From contig JBHCHC010000208.1 in the NCBI GenBank assembly GCA_041802645.1, forward strand, positions 1-51,949: a stretch of DNA of 51,949 nucleotides, given 5' to 3'. Numbering within the stretch: the stretch's first letter is position 1; each line of letters starts with the position of its first letter. The translations under genes and the position numbers were made by a program. Shown here one piece after another: positions 37,763 to 47,953 of the stretch. The DNA is from Moraxella sp. (lineage in GTDB: Bacteria > Pseudomonadota > Gammaproteobacteria > Pseudomonadales > Moraxellaceae). A model generated the notes under the pieces. That model saw nothing but the letters and a program-made list of their open reading frames with translations, did no database searches and was not told the DNA's origin.

Positions 37763-39853
37763 ATGCCGATTCCCATTCACACGCCAAAAATATTCACCCA
37801 GATACCAACCCGTCGCCCTGTGACACCGCTTTTGGATAAAGTTAATTCGCCCGATGACTTGCGAGTGATGTCTGATGCAGAGCTGTGCCAACTATCTGAT
37901 GAGCTGCGAGAGTATTTGTTGTATTCTGTGGGTCAAAGTGGCGGGCATTTTGGAGCCAATCTTGGGGTGGTGGAGCTGACGGTTGCGTTGCACGCCATCT
38001 ATAATACCCCTCATGACAAACTTGTATGGGATGTGGGTCATCAAGCATACGCTCATAAGGTACTGACAGGTCGGCGTGACAAATTAACAAGCATTCGTTC
38101 AAAGGGTGGACTCACCGCTTTTCCAGAGCGTCATGAGAGTAAGTACGATACCTTTGGCGTGGGGCATAGCTCAACATCCATTTCAGCAGGGTTAGGCATG
38201 AGTCTTGCTGGGCGTATCATGGGGGAGGCACCTCATGTGGTGGCGATCATTGGTGATGGAGCGATGACGGGCGGCATGGCATTTGAGGCGATGAATGATG
38301 TGGTGCAACAAAATGCCGATTTGACCGTTGTTCTAAATGATAATGATATGTCCATCTCGCAGGCAACAGGTGGCTTTAGTCGGCATTTGGCACGCCTGTG
38401 GCAACGTGGGCTTGCCTTCGATATTGATAAGCACGGCAACATTTTGATGATAAAGCGTGAGATTAATACCGATGATAGACGGGTTCGCCACTACCTACAC
38501 ATGGCGAACGGGGCAAAAGAAACTCTTGAGAAAATCCCCTTTAAAATCGGCGGTAACATCGTGCAAAACATCGGCACCTTATTTGGTAAGAATGCACCCC
38601 CCATGCCTTTATCTGATAAGATTGCTGAAAAACTTCATGATCATATTTTTCCTGATAATTTGTTTAAGGCAATTGGTTTTACCTATCTTGGACCATTTGA
38701 TGGACATGATTTGCCTAAGCTTTTACAAGTTTTTGAGCGTGCCAAAGACCTAAAAGGGGCGGTGCTCATTCATGTGCATACTGTTAAAGGCAAGGGTTTT
38801 TTGCCTGCTGAGGCTGACCCTGTGGGCTTTCACGCCATTGGTAAATTGCCCAAAACCGATACGCCAAAGAACAACAATCAAGATGCCAAAGCTGTCAAAA
38901 AATATTCTGATGTCTTTGGGGGGTGGCTGATGGATAATGCAAGCGACCCCAAAATGGTCGCCATTACCCCTGCCATGTGTGAAGGTTCTGGCATGGTTGA
39001 TTTTGCCAAATCCCATCCTCATAAGTTCTTTGATGTGGCGATTGCTGAGCAACACGCTGTTACCTTGGCAGGCGGCATGGCAACAGGTGGGCTAAAGCCT
39101 GTGGTGGCAATTTATTCTACATTTTTGCAACGTGGTTATGACCAATTTATCCATGATGTCGCTTTACAAAATTTGGATGTAACCTTTGCCATAGACCGAG
39201 CGGGACTGGTGGGTGAGGATGGGGCGACACATGCAGGCGTGTTTGATTTGGCATATCTTCGCTGTGTGCCAAATGTCGTTATCGCCACCCCAAGCGATGA
39301 ACATGAATGCTATCATCTGCTAAATGCTTGCTACGCCCATCAAGGTACCAGTGCCATTCGCTATCCTAGGGGTGTTGGCGTGGGACGAGAGATTGTCAAG
39401 GACAGCGGTGAAAACTTGGCCATTGGCAAGGCAAAAGTAGCGTGGCAGACGGATAATTTTACCGACAAAACAGACAAAAAAATAGCCGTACTTGCCTTTG
39501 GTACACGCCTAAACGACAGCCTATCAGCAAGCCAAGCATTTGTTAAGGCGACAAATACGCCCATGATGGTGGTGGACATGCGGTGGGTCAAACCACTAGA
39601 TGTCAAGCTAATAGATGAGCTTATCGCTCAGGGCGTAACGCATTTTATCACCATAGAAGAGCATCAGCGTATGGGCGGTGCAGGCTCTGCGGTGGGCGAA
39701 TATCTGGCAGGCGTGAATTATGGCGGTCGTCTTGTGCAGATTGGGATTGATGATGTATTTGTTGCTCATGGCAGCCATGATGAACAGCTTGCCGAATGTG
39801 GGCTTGATCGAGTGGGGATTCTGGCGAGGCTTAGCCAAATCGGCGATGAATAA
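37763..39853 (+). CDS. dxs: 1-deoxy-D-xylulose-5-phosphate synthase
   Basis: WDVGHQAY, GDGAMTGG..NDN, IAEQHA, DRAGLVGEDGATH and IRYPRG motifs. Confidence 0.98.
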   Translation: MPIPIHTPKIFTQIPTRRPVTPLLDKVNSPDDLRVMSDAELCQLSDELREYLLYSVGQSGGHFGANLGVVELTVALHAIYNTPHDKLVWDVGHQAYAHKVLTGRRDKLTSIRSKGGLTAFPERHESKYDTFGVGHSSTSISAGLGMSLAGRIMGEAPHVVAIIGDGAMTGGMAFEAMNDVVQQNADLTVVLNDNDMSISQATGGFSRHLARLWQRGLAFDIDKHGNILMIKREINTDDRRVRHYLHMANGAKETLEKIPFKIGGNIVQNIGTLFGKNAPPMPLSDKIAEKLHDHIFPDNLFKAIGFTYLGPFDGHDLPKLLQVFERAKDLKGAVLIHVHTVKGKGFLPAEADPVGFHAIGKLPKTDTPKNNNQDAKAVKKYSDVFGGWLMDNASDPKMVAITPAMCEGSGMVDFAKSHPHKFFDVAIAEQHAVTLAGGMATGGLKPVVAIYSTFLQRGYDQFIHDVALQNLDVTFAIDRAGLVGEDGATHAGVFDLAYLRCVPNVVIATPSDEHECYHLLNACYAHQGTSAIRYPRGVGVGREIVKDSGENLAIGKAKVAWQTDNFTDKTDKKIAVLAFGTRLNDSLSASQAFVKATNTPMMVVDMRWVKPLDVKLIDELIAQGVTHFITIEEHQRMGGAGSAVGEYLAGVNYGGRLVQIGIDDVFVAHGSHDEQLAECGLDRVGILARLSQIGDE

Positions 39854-40044
39854 ATGAAATCTACAGTCAAGCATGGGCGATTGGTATTATGCCTTAATAT
39901 CATGATGGTAATGGTAAAATCATACCAATTAGACATGAAATCAGCAATGAGTTTGCCATGACAATCAGCGATATTCAAACCGCTTGGTATGTTTTTGATA
40001 AATTAAAATTTGTGAATTGTCCGTAGAGTTGATGAATTAATCTC

Positions 40045-40581
40045 ATGAAATTAACCCTGTCACTGATTAGGATAAAAGGTATTATTTTACCAGTACTTAT
40101 ACTTATTTTATTGGGTACTAGCCAAATGGCACTGGCTTATGATTGTGTCATGCCCAAAAAATCCGAGATTGCAGGCAAATATGACAGCAATGAGTGTATT
40201 TTTGATGGGCTTATCAAAATCTCAAAAAATGGCAAATACGGAGCGATGGATAATGTGGGCATTGTCATTGTGCCGCTCATGTTTGATGAGATTGGCGAGT
40301 TTCATAATGGCGTGGCAAGGGTTCGCTATCAAGGTCGTTATGGATTTATGAATGGTCATGGAATTTTGGTGATTCCCATCCAATACGATGATGCGGGGTT
40401 TTTTCAAAACGGCAAAACTCTAGTTCGTCAAGGAGATGAATATTTTATGGTAAATATTCAAGGTTGGCGAGTGCTTGATGATAAGCCTGCGATGCCATTG
40501 AGCAAGGCGTCAGATTTGCCCTCTCAGCATCTGACGCATATTTTGCTATCAGACCCCACCGTGCCAGAGCCGATGAACTGA
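40045..40581 (+). CDS. Exported WG (KWG)-repeat protein
   Basis: Signal peptide; repeats GKYG..D..G..IVP..FD and GRYGFMN..G..VIP.QYD. Confidence 0.8.
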   Translation: MKLTLSLIRIKGIILPVLILILLGTSQMALAYDCVMPKKSEIAGKYDSNECIFDGLIKISKNGKYGAMDNVGIVIVPLMFDEIGEFHNGVARVRYQGRYGFMNGHGILVIPIQYDDAGFFQNGKTLVRQGDEYFMVNIQGWRVLDDKPAMPLSKASDLPSQHLTHILLSDPTVPEPMN

Positions 40582-40688
40582 TGTGGTGCAAATTTACATC
40601 GCAATTTGAGCTATTTTCATTTATAATGATGCTGATTTTGTGCGATGAGTGCAGAAGTATTATTTAATAAACGTTTGTAAGGTGTGTT

Positions 40689-41519
40689 ATGGAACCTATG
40701 GTGGTGATTGCGTCCGAGGTGGCGAAAAAAGTCGGTTATGAGATTTTAAAAGCTCATGAGAACCGTCATCGTATTGATTTGGGCGTGGAGTCTAAAGGGG
40801 TTGATGGCTTGGTAACGAAAGTTGACCGTTATGCCGAAGAGTTGACCATTTCTTTGTTGCAAGAGAGTTATTCTAAGCATTCATTTCTAGGCGAGGAATT
40901 TGGTTTGCAAGAGGGTAAGGGTTCGGATGCCGATTGGTGTTTTGTTATTGACCCATTAGATGGTACGCAGAACTTCGTACATGGTGTGCCACATTTTTGT
41001 GTGTCCATCGGCATTCAACACAAAGGCGTGACTGAACATGGTGTCGTTTATGATCCTGTACGTGATGAACTGTTTAGTGCCAGCCGTGGAAGTGGGGCGA
41101 GATTGAACCAACGCCGTCTATCTGTCTCAGAGCGTACCACGATAGCAGGTGGGCTTTTTACCACAGGACATCCTTATGAACGCATGATAGACCAAACTCG
41201 CACCAGTTTTGCTCGTCAGCATTTTGCCAGTTTGCAAGCCATCTGTGAGCAAGGCGGTCAAGTTCGCCGCACAGGATCATCGGCACTGGATTTGTGCTAC
41301 GTAGCAGCAGGACGATTTGACGGCTACTTTGAAATGAACATCAAGCCATGGGATGTGTGTGCCGGCGAGCTTATCGTGACTGAAGCACGAGGGGTGGTGG
41401 TTGACCACAAAGGGGCAAACAACGCCATGCATACAGGGTCAATTTTTGCTTGCAATACCAAATTGCTCAAGCCTCTCATGCAAATGGTTATCCCAACGTG
41501 GGAGAATGCATTGGGTTAG
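40689..41519 (+). CDS. suhB: Inositol monophosphatase family protein SuhB
   Basis: GEE, IDPLDGT.NF, RRTGSSALDL and PWDVCAG motifs. Confidence 0.9.
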   Translation: MEPMVVIASEVAKKVGYEILKAHENRHRIDLGVESKGVDGLVTKVDRYAEELTISLLQESYSKHSFLGEEFGLQEGKGSDADWCFVIDPLDGTQNFVHGVPHFCVSIGIQHKGVTEHGVVYDPVRDELFSASRGSGARLNQRRLSVSERTTIAGGLFTTGHPYERMIDQTRTSFARQHFASLQAICEQGGQVRRTGSSALDLCYVAAGRFDGYFEMNIKPWDVCAGELIVTEARGVVVDHKGANNAMHTGSIFACNTKLLKPLMQMVIPTWENALG

Positions 41520-41551
41520 TCTTGCTCATTTCATCATTAACATCGGAGTTT

Positions 41552-41585
41552 CACCCCAAAAGTTAGACGACCTTTGGGGTGTTTT
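41552..41585. repeat. Palindromic repeat / probable terminator between convergent suhB and azoreductase
   Basis: CACCCCAAAAGTTAGACGACCTTTGGGGTG followed by TTTT; similar to 49751-49785. Confidence 0.7.
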
Positions 41586-41710
41586 ATGGGCTTTAATTTA
41601 TGCCCACCAAGAAAGCTTAGAATGTTAATGTATCACAGCCATCATTAAAAATGACAAATGCATCAACGGCTTTATGAAGTGCCAATGGCATGATGAAAGT
41701 TTAACATGCC

Positions 41711-42379
41711 TTAGCGGATGGATTGTAATTGATGCACCAGTTTGTCCACGTCTTGCTCTGCTTGGACAATGGAGGCGGTTAGCCTCTCATCGCCAAACTC
41801 ATCGTACTCAACAGCAATCTGATGGCCTTGATTTATGCCCAAATAGGCAAACGCGGTAAAAATAGAGCGTTCTAAGTGATTCCTATCCAATAAGCGGTTA
41901 TCATAACCATAATCGCCCCGAGATGACAGAACGACCAATTGTTTGTTGTCGGCGTTCAAAAGCGGTCAGTACGGTTCACCCTTACGACTTCTATCAAAAC
42001 CAAAGGTTCGTCCCACTCTTACGATGTTATCAATGTACGCCTTAAACTGTGCAGGATAGCTAAAATTATACATCGGCACACCGCAGATGATCACATCTGC
42101 TGCGAGCAACTCATCAACCAACTCGTCACTTTCTGCTAAGACTGCTCGCATCTCATCGCTACGCTCATCAGGTTTGGTAAAGGCGGCATGAATCCACGCT
42201 GCCGATACAGGCTTTGGTGGGAACTGTCCCACATCTCGATAAATAATCTGTGTGTCAGGGCGAGAGGTTTGCCATGTTTTGATGAATCGGTCGCTTAGGC
42301 GACGAGTGTGTGAGCCATGGGCGTGTAAACCCGAGATACCCAGTTTGGCACTACTGTCTATGTGCAAAATGACACTCAT
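41711..42379 (-). pseudogene. azoR: FMN-dependent NADH-azoreductase (AzoR/AcpD family) with one in-frame TGA
   Basis: ORFs 41966-42379 and 41711-41959 are in the same frame: ..GEPY*PLLNADNKQLVVLSSRGDYGY... Motifs ILHIDSS, PMYNFS and KAYIDNIVRVGRTF. Confidence 0.85.
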
Positions 42380-42457
42380 AAAAATCTCCAGTGATTAAAA
42401 GAGTTGTCATTATCCCACCCATGATTTATCCTGACAAATGATATATTTATCATCATA

Positions 42458-42474
42458 GATGTATTTTTTTCATC
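42458..42474. promoter_or_regulatory. Putative LysR T-N11-A box between divergent azoR and lysR
   Basis: GATG-N9-CATC dyad containing T-N11-A. Confidence 0.5.
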
Positions 42475-42542
42475 CATAACCATCCAAGGTAATGATACAA
42501 TAACCCAACCTTTGACCTTATCTGCCTAACACATCAGACATC

Positions 42543-43481
42543 ATGCTTAACGCCGTCTCGCTAAATGCTCTATATACCTTTGAAGCTGTCGCTCGTCATG
42601 GCAGTTTTAAAAAGGCAGCTCAAGAGTTGCATCTGTCTAGCACTGCTGTCAGTCATCGTATTCGCACACTAGAAGAACAGCTTGGGTTTAAATTATTCAT
42701 CCGTCATACTCGTGCCATCAGCCTTAGCCATCAAGGACAGGTTCTTTTTGATAGCATTGCTTTGCATTTACAACACATTCATCACACCATAGATAGACTG
42801 CGTCTTAGTCGTCAGCGTGTCAGCCTGTCTGTCACACCAGAATTTGCCAGTTATTGGCTCATGCCTCATTTGAGTGCGTTTCAACAGGCATATCCTGATA
42901 TTGATTTACGCATACATACCTCTTATCAAGTGATGGCACTGGATACGGGGGAGATTGATTTTGCCATTCGTTACGGTGGCACAGGTAGGGAGGGTATGGA
43001 GAGCGTGGCATTGTTTCAAGAGTTTTTTGCTCCAATGGTCAATCACTCTCTTGTAGTTGATAAAGAGTGCTACCAATGGCGGCTGATTCATTTGGATTGG
43101 CATAGCCCACATCACAGTATTAGCTGGGCAGCATGGGGAGATAAGGTAAAAGAGAATGCTGCTTACGCACCCGATATGATTGGTTGGCAACGCACCCTTG
43201 CTAAGGGTATCCATTATAATGATGGCAATCAGATGATTTTGGCGGTGTTGGCGGGTATGGGTGTGGGGCTGCTTGGTGTGAATGTCTTGTCAAAACTGCT
43301 CGATGATGGGTTGCTGCGTCAGGTTTCTCAAACAACCATTGAGGGGCAGTCATTTTATTTGTGCCATCAAAACCGCGAGCCCTTAACTCATCATCAAAGT
43401 ATCGTCAAATCATGGCTGCTACAGATTGCTACGAGCAAGGCAGGTATTAAGACAGATGAAGCTAAAGCAAGGACATGTTAA
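42543..43481 (+). CDS. LysR-family regulator (GcvA-like), divergent from azoR
   Basis: FEAVARHGSFKKAAQELHLSSTAVSHRIRTLE; WLMPHLSAF; DFAIRYG. Confidence 0.93.
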   Translation: MLNAVSLNALYTFEAVARHGSFKKAAQELHLSSTAVSHRIRTLEEQLGFKLFIRHTRAISLSHQGQVLFDSIALHLQHIHHTIDRLRLSRQRVSLSVTPEFASYWLMPHLSAFQQAYPDIDLRIHTSYQVMALDTGEIDFAIRYGGTGREGMESVALFQEFFAPMVNHSLVVDKECYQWRLIHLDWHSPHHSISWAAWGDKVKENAAYAPDMIGWQRTLAKGIHYNDGNQMILAVLAGMGVGLLGVNVLSKLLDDGLLRQVSQTTIEGQSFYLCHQNREPLTHHQSIVKSWLLQIATSKAGIKTDEAKARTC

Positions 43482-44608
43482 AAAACTACCTCCACACGAC
43501 TAAACACGCCCATGTGATGGTCACGCTCTAAGGCTTTGTTATTATAATAGCTTAAATCTGTCTGCACAAATAGCCATTTTCGCCAAATGGGCTGACGATA
43601 GCTGATGTAAGGACCATAAATGTTTATTTCGGCAGAACTATCCACAATGTCTCCGCCCGCATACAGTCCATAGCTAAATTCGCGTGTACCATGCTTGCCT
43701 TCTAAATAATGCTGCTGGTATAGAGTGTTGCCCCATGCTACTTCTTCACTATCTTGGTGGGCATAAGATAAGTGAGAGCGATTGATGAGAGTGCGATGCT
43801 TAGATTGGGGCTGAGCGAACTCTAAGGTGGATAACGCATAATGCTCACTTTTTGTGCCATAACGATAGACTTGTTCAAAGCGACTGTGAATATTGTGATC
43901 GAGTGACCATTTTTTTTCTGCCCTAAATTTTAGATATAAATCATCAGAACGCAGTCCGATGTCAGTATCCATCTCCACGCCGATATCTTCTTGAAGCTTT
44001 GACCATCGCAATGCTAAGGAGGAATTGTCCTTGCGAGCTTGGCGTCCGTCAAAGGTGGTCTCTCCATAAGATACCAATCTTTCATCATTGTAAACACCAC
44101 CACCTTGCTCTAAGTCTAAGTCGTCATCGCCAATCAGTACGCTCAAACGATCTTCAAGTGTGGGTAGTGAAATGCGACCACGAATACGTGGCTTAACAGT
44201 TGTGCCATCATACTGGTTATGGTTGGCGTCAAGCATGAGGCGAATGGAGGCACGAGCGGGCTTTTTAGGATTGGTTTTACCAAACCAACCGTCAAGTCTG
44301 TGAGCGGTGCGGTTTAACCAGCTTTTTGTGCCGTCTCTGGTGTCATCAAACCACGTGTTATGCTCAGGTTCTAGGTCATCAGACTGTATGCTTTCATCCT
44401 CTAGGTTGGGGATGTCATCATGATCGCTTAAAGCAGGCTTTGGGATGTTGTCATGATTTGAGTCTATGGTGTCATTATTCGAGGACGATGCGATGACTGA
44501 TGTTGGTAAAACAGCATCAGTGTTCTTGGCATGAGCCTGACCAAGCATGGCAAGTAGGCTAAGAAGTGGCAGAATGGATTTGGCTGGCTGTATCATGATG
44601 TTGGGCAT
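43478..44608 (-). CDS. Hypothetical exported, probably outer-membrane protein
   Basis: Signal ending AHA, acidic N-terminal linker, amphipathic strand-like segments, C-terminal Phe (RVEVVF). Confidence 0.7.
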   Translation of the reverse strand: MPNIMIQPAKSILPLLSLLAMLGQAHAKNTDAVLPTSVIASSSNNDTIDSNHDNIPKPALSDHDDIPNLEDESIQSDDLEPEHNTWFDDTRDGTKSWLNRTAHRLDGWFGKTNPKKPARASIRLMLDANHNQYDGTTVKPRIRGRISLPTLEDRLSVLIGDDDLDLEQGGGVYNDERLVSYGETTFDGRQARKDNSSLALRWSKLQEDIGVEMDTDIGLRSDDLYLKFRAEKKWSLDHNIHSRFEQVYRYGTKSEHYALSTLEFAQPQSKHRTLINRSHLSYAHQDSEEVAWGNTLYQQHYLEGKHGTREFSYGLYAGGDIVDSSAEINIYGPYISYRQPIWRKWLFVQTDLSYYNNKALERDHHMGVFSRVEVVF

Positions 44609-44776
44609 GGGAAAATGGTGCTAAAATGACGAGATGTCGATGAATCATATCACATTGTTGCTAAAATAGCATGATAATTTTAAGCCAAATATTGTCAAAG
44701 TATCGACCATAAACTGTGATAAAATAAGCCAAACTCTGTTTTTCCCACCTGCTTTGTTGATACTCTACCCAAATCC

Positions 44777-45856
44777 ATGCGACTTGCCAAACTTTTAACC
44801 CAACCCGCACCTTCATCGGCAGATGAGCTCTGTGTCGATCGAGCGTCTGATTTTGAACTCATTCATGAAGCTACATCTCAAGACTCATCCAGCAGGGATA
44901 TCATCACTCCTGATTTGGAGCAGATGATACAGAGGTGGCTGTCATCAATCAAAGCGAAGAATTATTCGCCTCATACCGTATCAGCATATCGTCAGAGCAT
45001 TGAGCGATTTGCTCATTTTTTGGTGGGCTGTGATACAGATTGGCGTAACTGTCATAAAAAGACATTAGAGCGATTTGTGGTGGCACGTTTGGAGCGGGAT
45101 AAGGTTCAGCCGACCAGTGTCAAACAAGACATCTGTGCCCTAAGGCGTTTTTATCGATTTGCCATTTGGGAGCAATCACAAGCAGTAAAAAAACAGGAAA
45201 AAATTTACCAAACCATCAAAAACCCTACGGTAGGCTATCGCCTAAAACCCAGTCCCAAAGCCTTACCGAGCATTGTGGATGTGGACTTAATGTCACAACT
45301 GTTAGACCAAGCCGCACCCGATGATTCTAAGCAAGCGATGCTATGGGTGCGAGATAAGGCGATGTTTGAGCTGATGTATAGCAGTGGTCTGCGTCTTGCC
45401 GAATTGGCATCGTTAGATGTCGGCGATGTTGATTTGATAAATAAGTCAGTGCGTGTGCTGGGTAAGGGCAAAAAAATGCGTGTCATCCCTGTTGGGCAAA
45501 AGGCGGTGCAAGCCATCCATGCTTACTTGCCTTATCGCACGGCATGGCAAAAAGAGACGTCTGCATTGTTCATCAGTCAAAGAAAAGGGGTTCGACTTGG
45601 CGAGCGTGCAATACAGCTTCGTTTGAGCGTGTGTGCCACCAGAGCAGGGATTGCCCAACACTTACACCCGCATCTGCTGCGTCACAGCTTCGCCTCTCAT
45701 TTGCTCTCTGCCAGCGGTGATCTGCGAGCGATACAAGAGATGTTGGGGCACGCCAGCCTAAATACCACACAGATTTATACCCATGTGGATTTTGGGAGAT
45801 TAACTCAAGTTTATGATAAAACCCATCCCAGAGCCATTCACAAAAAGGGTGGCTAG
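44777..45856 (+). CDS. xerC: Tyrosine recombinase XerC
   Basis: GLRLAEL, GKGKKMR, HPHLLRHSFASHLL..SGDLRAIQEMLGHASL.TTQIYTH..YDKTHPRA. Confidence 0.88.
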   Translation: MRLAKLLTQPAPSSADELCVDRASDFELIHEATSQDSSSRDIITPDLEQMIQRWLSSIKAKNYSPHTVSAYRQSIERFAHFLVGCDTDWRNCHKKTLERFVVARLERDKVQPTSVKQDICALRRFYRFAIWEQSQAVKKQEKIYQTIKNPTVGYRLKPSPKALPSIVDVDLMSQLLDQAAPDDSKQAMLWVRDKAMFELMYSSGLRLAELASLDVGDVDLINKSVRVLGKGKKMRVIPVGQKAVQAIHAYLPYRTAWQKETSALFISQRKGVRLGERAIQLRLSVCATRAGIAQHLHPHLLRHSFASHLLSASGDLRAIQEMLGHASLNTTQIYTHVDFGRLTQVYDKTHPRAIHKKGG

Positions 45857-46028
45857 GATGTGTTGATGTTTCATGCGTGTTATTAAATAATAAGGCAAAA
45901 CCAACTTCAATGCTTTGTAGGATATCTAAGCGTATCACGAGCTAGCACCTTTTAAATCAATGAGTCAAAGCCAAGAGAATCTGGATGTGCCAAAACAGCA
46001 AAAAATAACCAATCATTAGGAAAAAACC

Positions 46029-47846
46029 ATGAATCAATGCCAAACCGACTTTCATAAAACACCTGCCAGCATCCGTCAAGCCCGCCTCTTAGCTGTGCGT
46101 AAAATACTTGATGAGCAAGGGCTGTCCGCTCTCATTATCCCCTCTGCTGACCCTCACATGTCTGAGTATCTGCCTGTATATTGGCAGGGTCGCTCGTGGC
46201 TGTCAGGCTTTACAGGGTCGTTTGGAACATTGGTCATCACGCCTGAGTTTGCAGGGATGTGGACAGACAGTCGCTATTGGGTGCAAGCACCTATTGAACT
46301 TGAAGGTACAGGCATTAGTTTGCAAAAAATGGGGCAGTCCCATCCTGATTTTACCGAATTCTTGGTGAAAAACTTGGCTCGGGGCTCAAAGGTGGCGATA
46401 GATGGAGCGGTATTGTCTTTGAATCAATATGACAATTTTACCCAAATCTTTGCCAAACATGACATAGAGCTGGTGACGAACATTGATGTTTTGTCAAAAA
46501 TTTGGCAAGACAGACCTGCTTTGCCGACCGCTAAGATTGTCGTTCATGAGGCTCAGTTTGTGGACATGGACACATCTACCAAGCTTGCCAAAGTGCGTGA
46601 TGCCATGGCTCAAAAAGGGGCAGATTGTCATCTTATTAGTAGCTTAGATGACATTGCATGGCTGACCAACCTACGTGGGGCGGACGTGAGTTTTAATCCT
46701 GTGTTCTTGTCGCATTTGTTCATCAAGAGCGATGAGGCGACTTTATTTGTTCATCAGGATAAATTAACCACATCCGCCAAGTCCGCTCTGAAAAATGCAG
46801 GGATTGGCGTGGCAAGTTATGATGCGGTGATAGAGGCGATGTCAGAGGCAGATAATTTGCTGATAGACCCTGATAAAGTAACGGCGGGCACACTGACTAA
46901 GCTTTCAAGTTCTGCCAAACTCATCAAATCGGTCAATCCAAGCACGCTGCTAAAAGCAATAAAATCAGAAGCTGACATTCATCATGTCCGCGAAGCCATG
47001 AGGCAAGACGGTGCGGCACTTTGTGAATTCTTTGCTCAACTAGAAAGTAGGCTGGCTGATGGTGAACGTGTGTCTGAGCTTGATATTGAGCAGATGCTGA
47101 GTGTCGCCAGAAGTCGCCAGCCCAATTACGTCTCAGCAAGTTTTGACACCATTGCAGGGTTTGGGGCGAATGGGGCGATTGTACATTATAGAGCAACCGA
47201 TGTGCGTTTTTCTTATCTGGATGGGGATGGTTTGTTACTTATCGATTCAGGAGCACAGTATAAAAATGGCACAACTGACATCACTCGCATGGTTGGTGTG
47301 GGTGTGATAAGTGAAGAAGAAAAAAGAGATGTCACCTATGTACTAAAAGCACACATCGCACTTGCCACTGCCTATTTTCCCAAAGATATTCCCTCCATGC
47401 AGTTAGATGCGCTGGCTCGCAATCAACTGTGGCAGCAGGGACTGGACTATGGTCATGGTACAGGGCATGGCGTGGGTTATTTTCTCAATGTCCATGAAGG
47501 ACCGCAAATCATCTCACGAAATGCTGCCGTTACGCCAGAGCGAGTCATGAAAAGTGGCATGATAACCAGTAACGAACCTGGGTTATACCGTGAGGGCAGA
47601 TGGGGCATACGCCTTGAAAATCTCGTGGTAGCGGTGCAGGCGTGTCAGAGTGAATTTGGAGAATTTTTAAAATTTGAAACATTGACCTTGTGTCCTTTTG
47701 ATACACGATTGATACTGCCAGAGCTGCTGAACGACCAAGAAAAAAAATGGCTAAATGAGTATCATCAACATGTCCATGATGAACTGATAGAGCGTGTCAG
47801 TGGACCTGCCAAAACATGGTTGGTGGCACGCACCAAGTTGATGTAG
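46029..47846 (+). CDS. Aminopeptidase P (M24B) family
   Basis: DPHMSEY, TDSRY, DSGAQY..GTTDITR, GHGTGHGVG..VHEGP and NEPG motifs. Confidence 0.93.
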   Translation: MNQCQTDFHKTPASIRQARLLAVRKILDEQGLSALIIPSADPHMSEYLPVYWQGRSWLSGFTGSFGTLVITPEFAGMWTDSRYWVQAPIELEGTGISLQKMGQSHPDFTEFLVKNLARGSKVAIDGAVLSLNQYDNFTQIFAKHDIELVTNIDVLSKIWQDRPALPTAKIVVHEAQFVDMDTSTKLAKVRDAMAQKGADCHLISSLDDIAWLTNLRGADVSFNPVFLSHLFIKSDEATLFVHQDKLTTSAKSALKNAGIGVASYDAVIEAMSEADNLLIDPDKVTAGTLTKLSSSAKLIKSVNPSTLLKAIKSEADIHHVREAMRQDGAALCEFFAQLESRLADGERVSELDIEQMLSVARSRQPNYVSASFDTIAGFGANGAIVHYRATDVRFSYLDGDGLLLIDSGAQYKNGTTDITRMVGVGVISEEEKRDVTYVLKAHIALATAYFPKDIPSMQLDALARNQLWQQGLDYGHGTGHGVGYFLNVHEGPQIISRNAAVTPERVMKSGMITSNEPGLYREGRWGIRLENLVVAVQACQSEFGEFLKFETLTLCPFDTRLILPELLNDQEKKWLNEYHQHVHDELIERVSGPAKTWLVARTKLM

Positions 47847-47953
47847 CTTGGCGCCGGTTTACTGGTTTACTGATTTGTCGGCATGCTCATCGATGCTTGA
47901 CAAATCATGGGTTGATGGCGTGCGATGATAATGAGAATTTCTAGAGGAATGAC

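Noticed and set aside
33887-41968. Genome-wide UGA=Trp recoding (genetic code 4)
   Set aside because: Many intact genes end in TGA at their expected C-termini (yqgE, ruvX, folA, ccmE, pirin) and conserved Trp residues use TGG; only two accessory genes have an internal TGA.
44777-45856. Tyrosine recombinase as a phage or island integrase
   Set aside because: C-terminal motifs match housekeeping XerC; no att repeats, tRNA or phage genes nearby; no dif-like site recognised.
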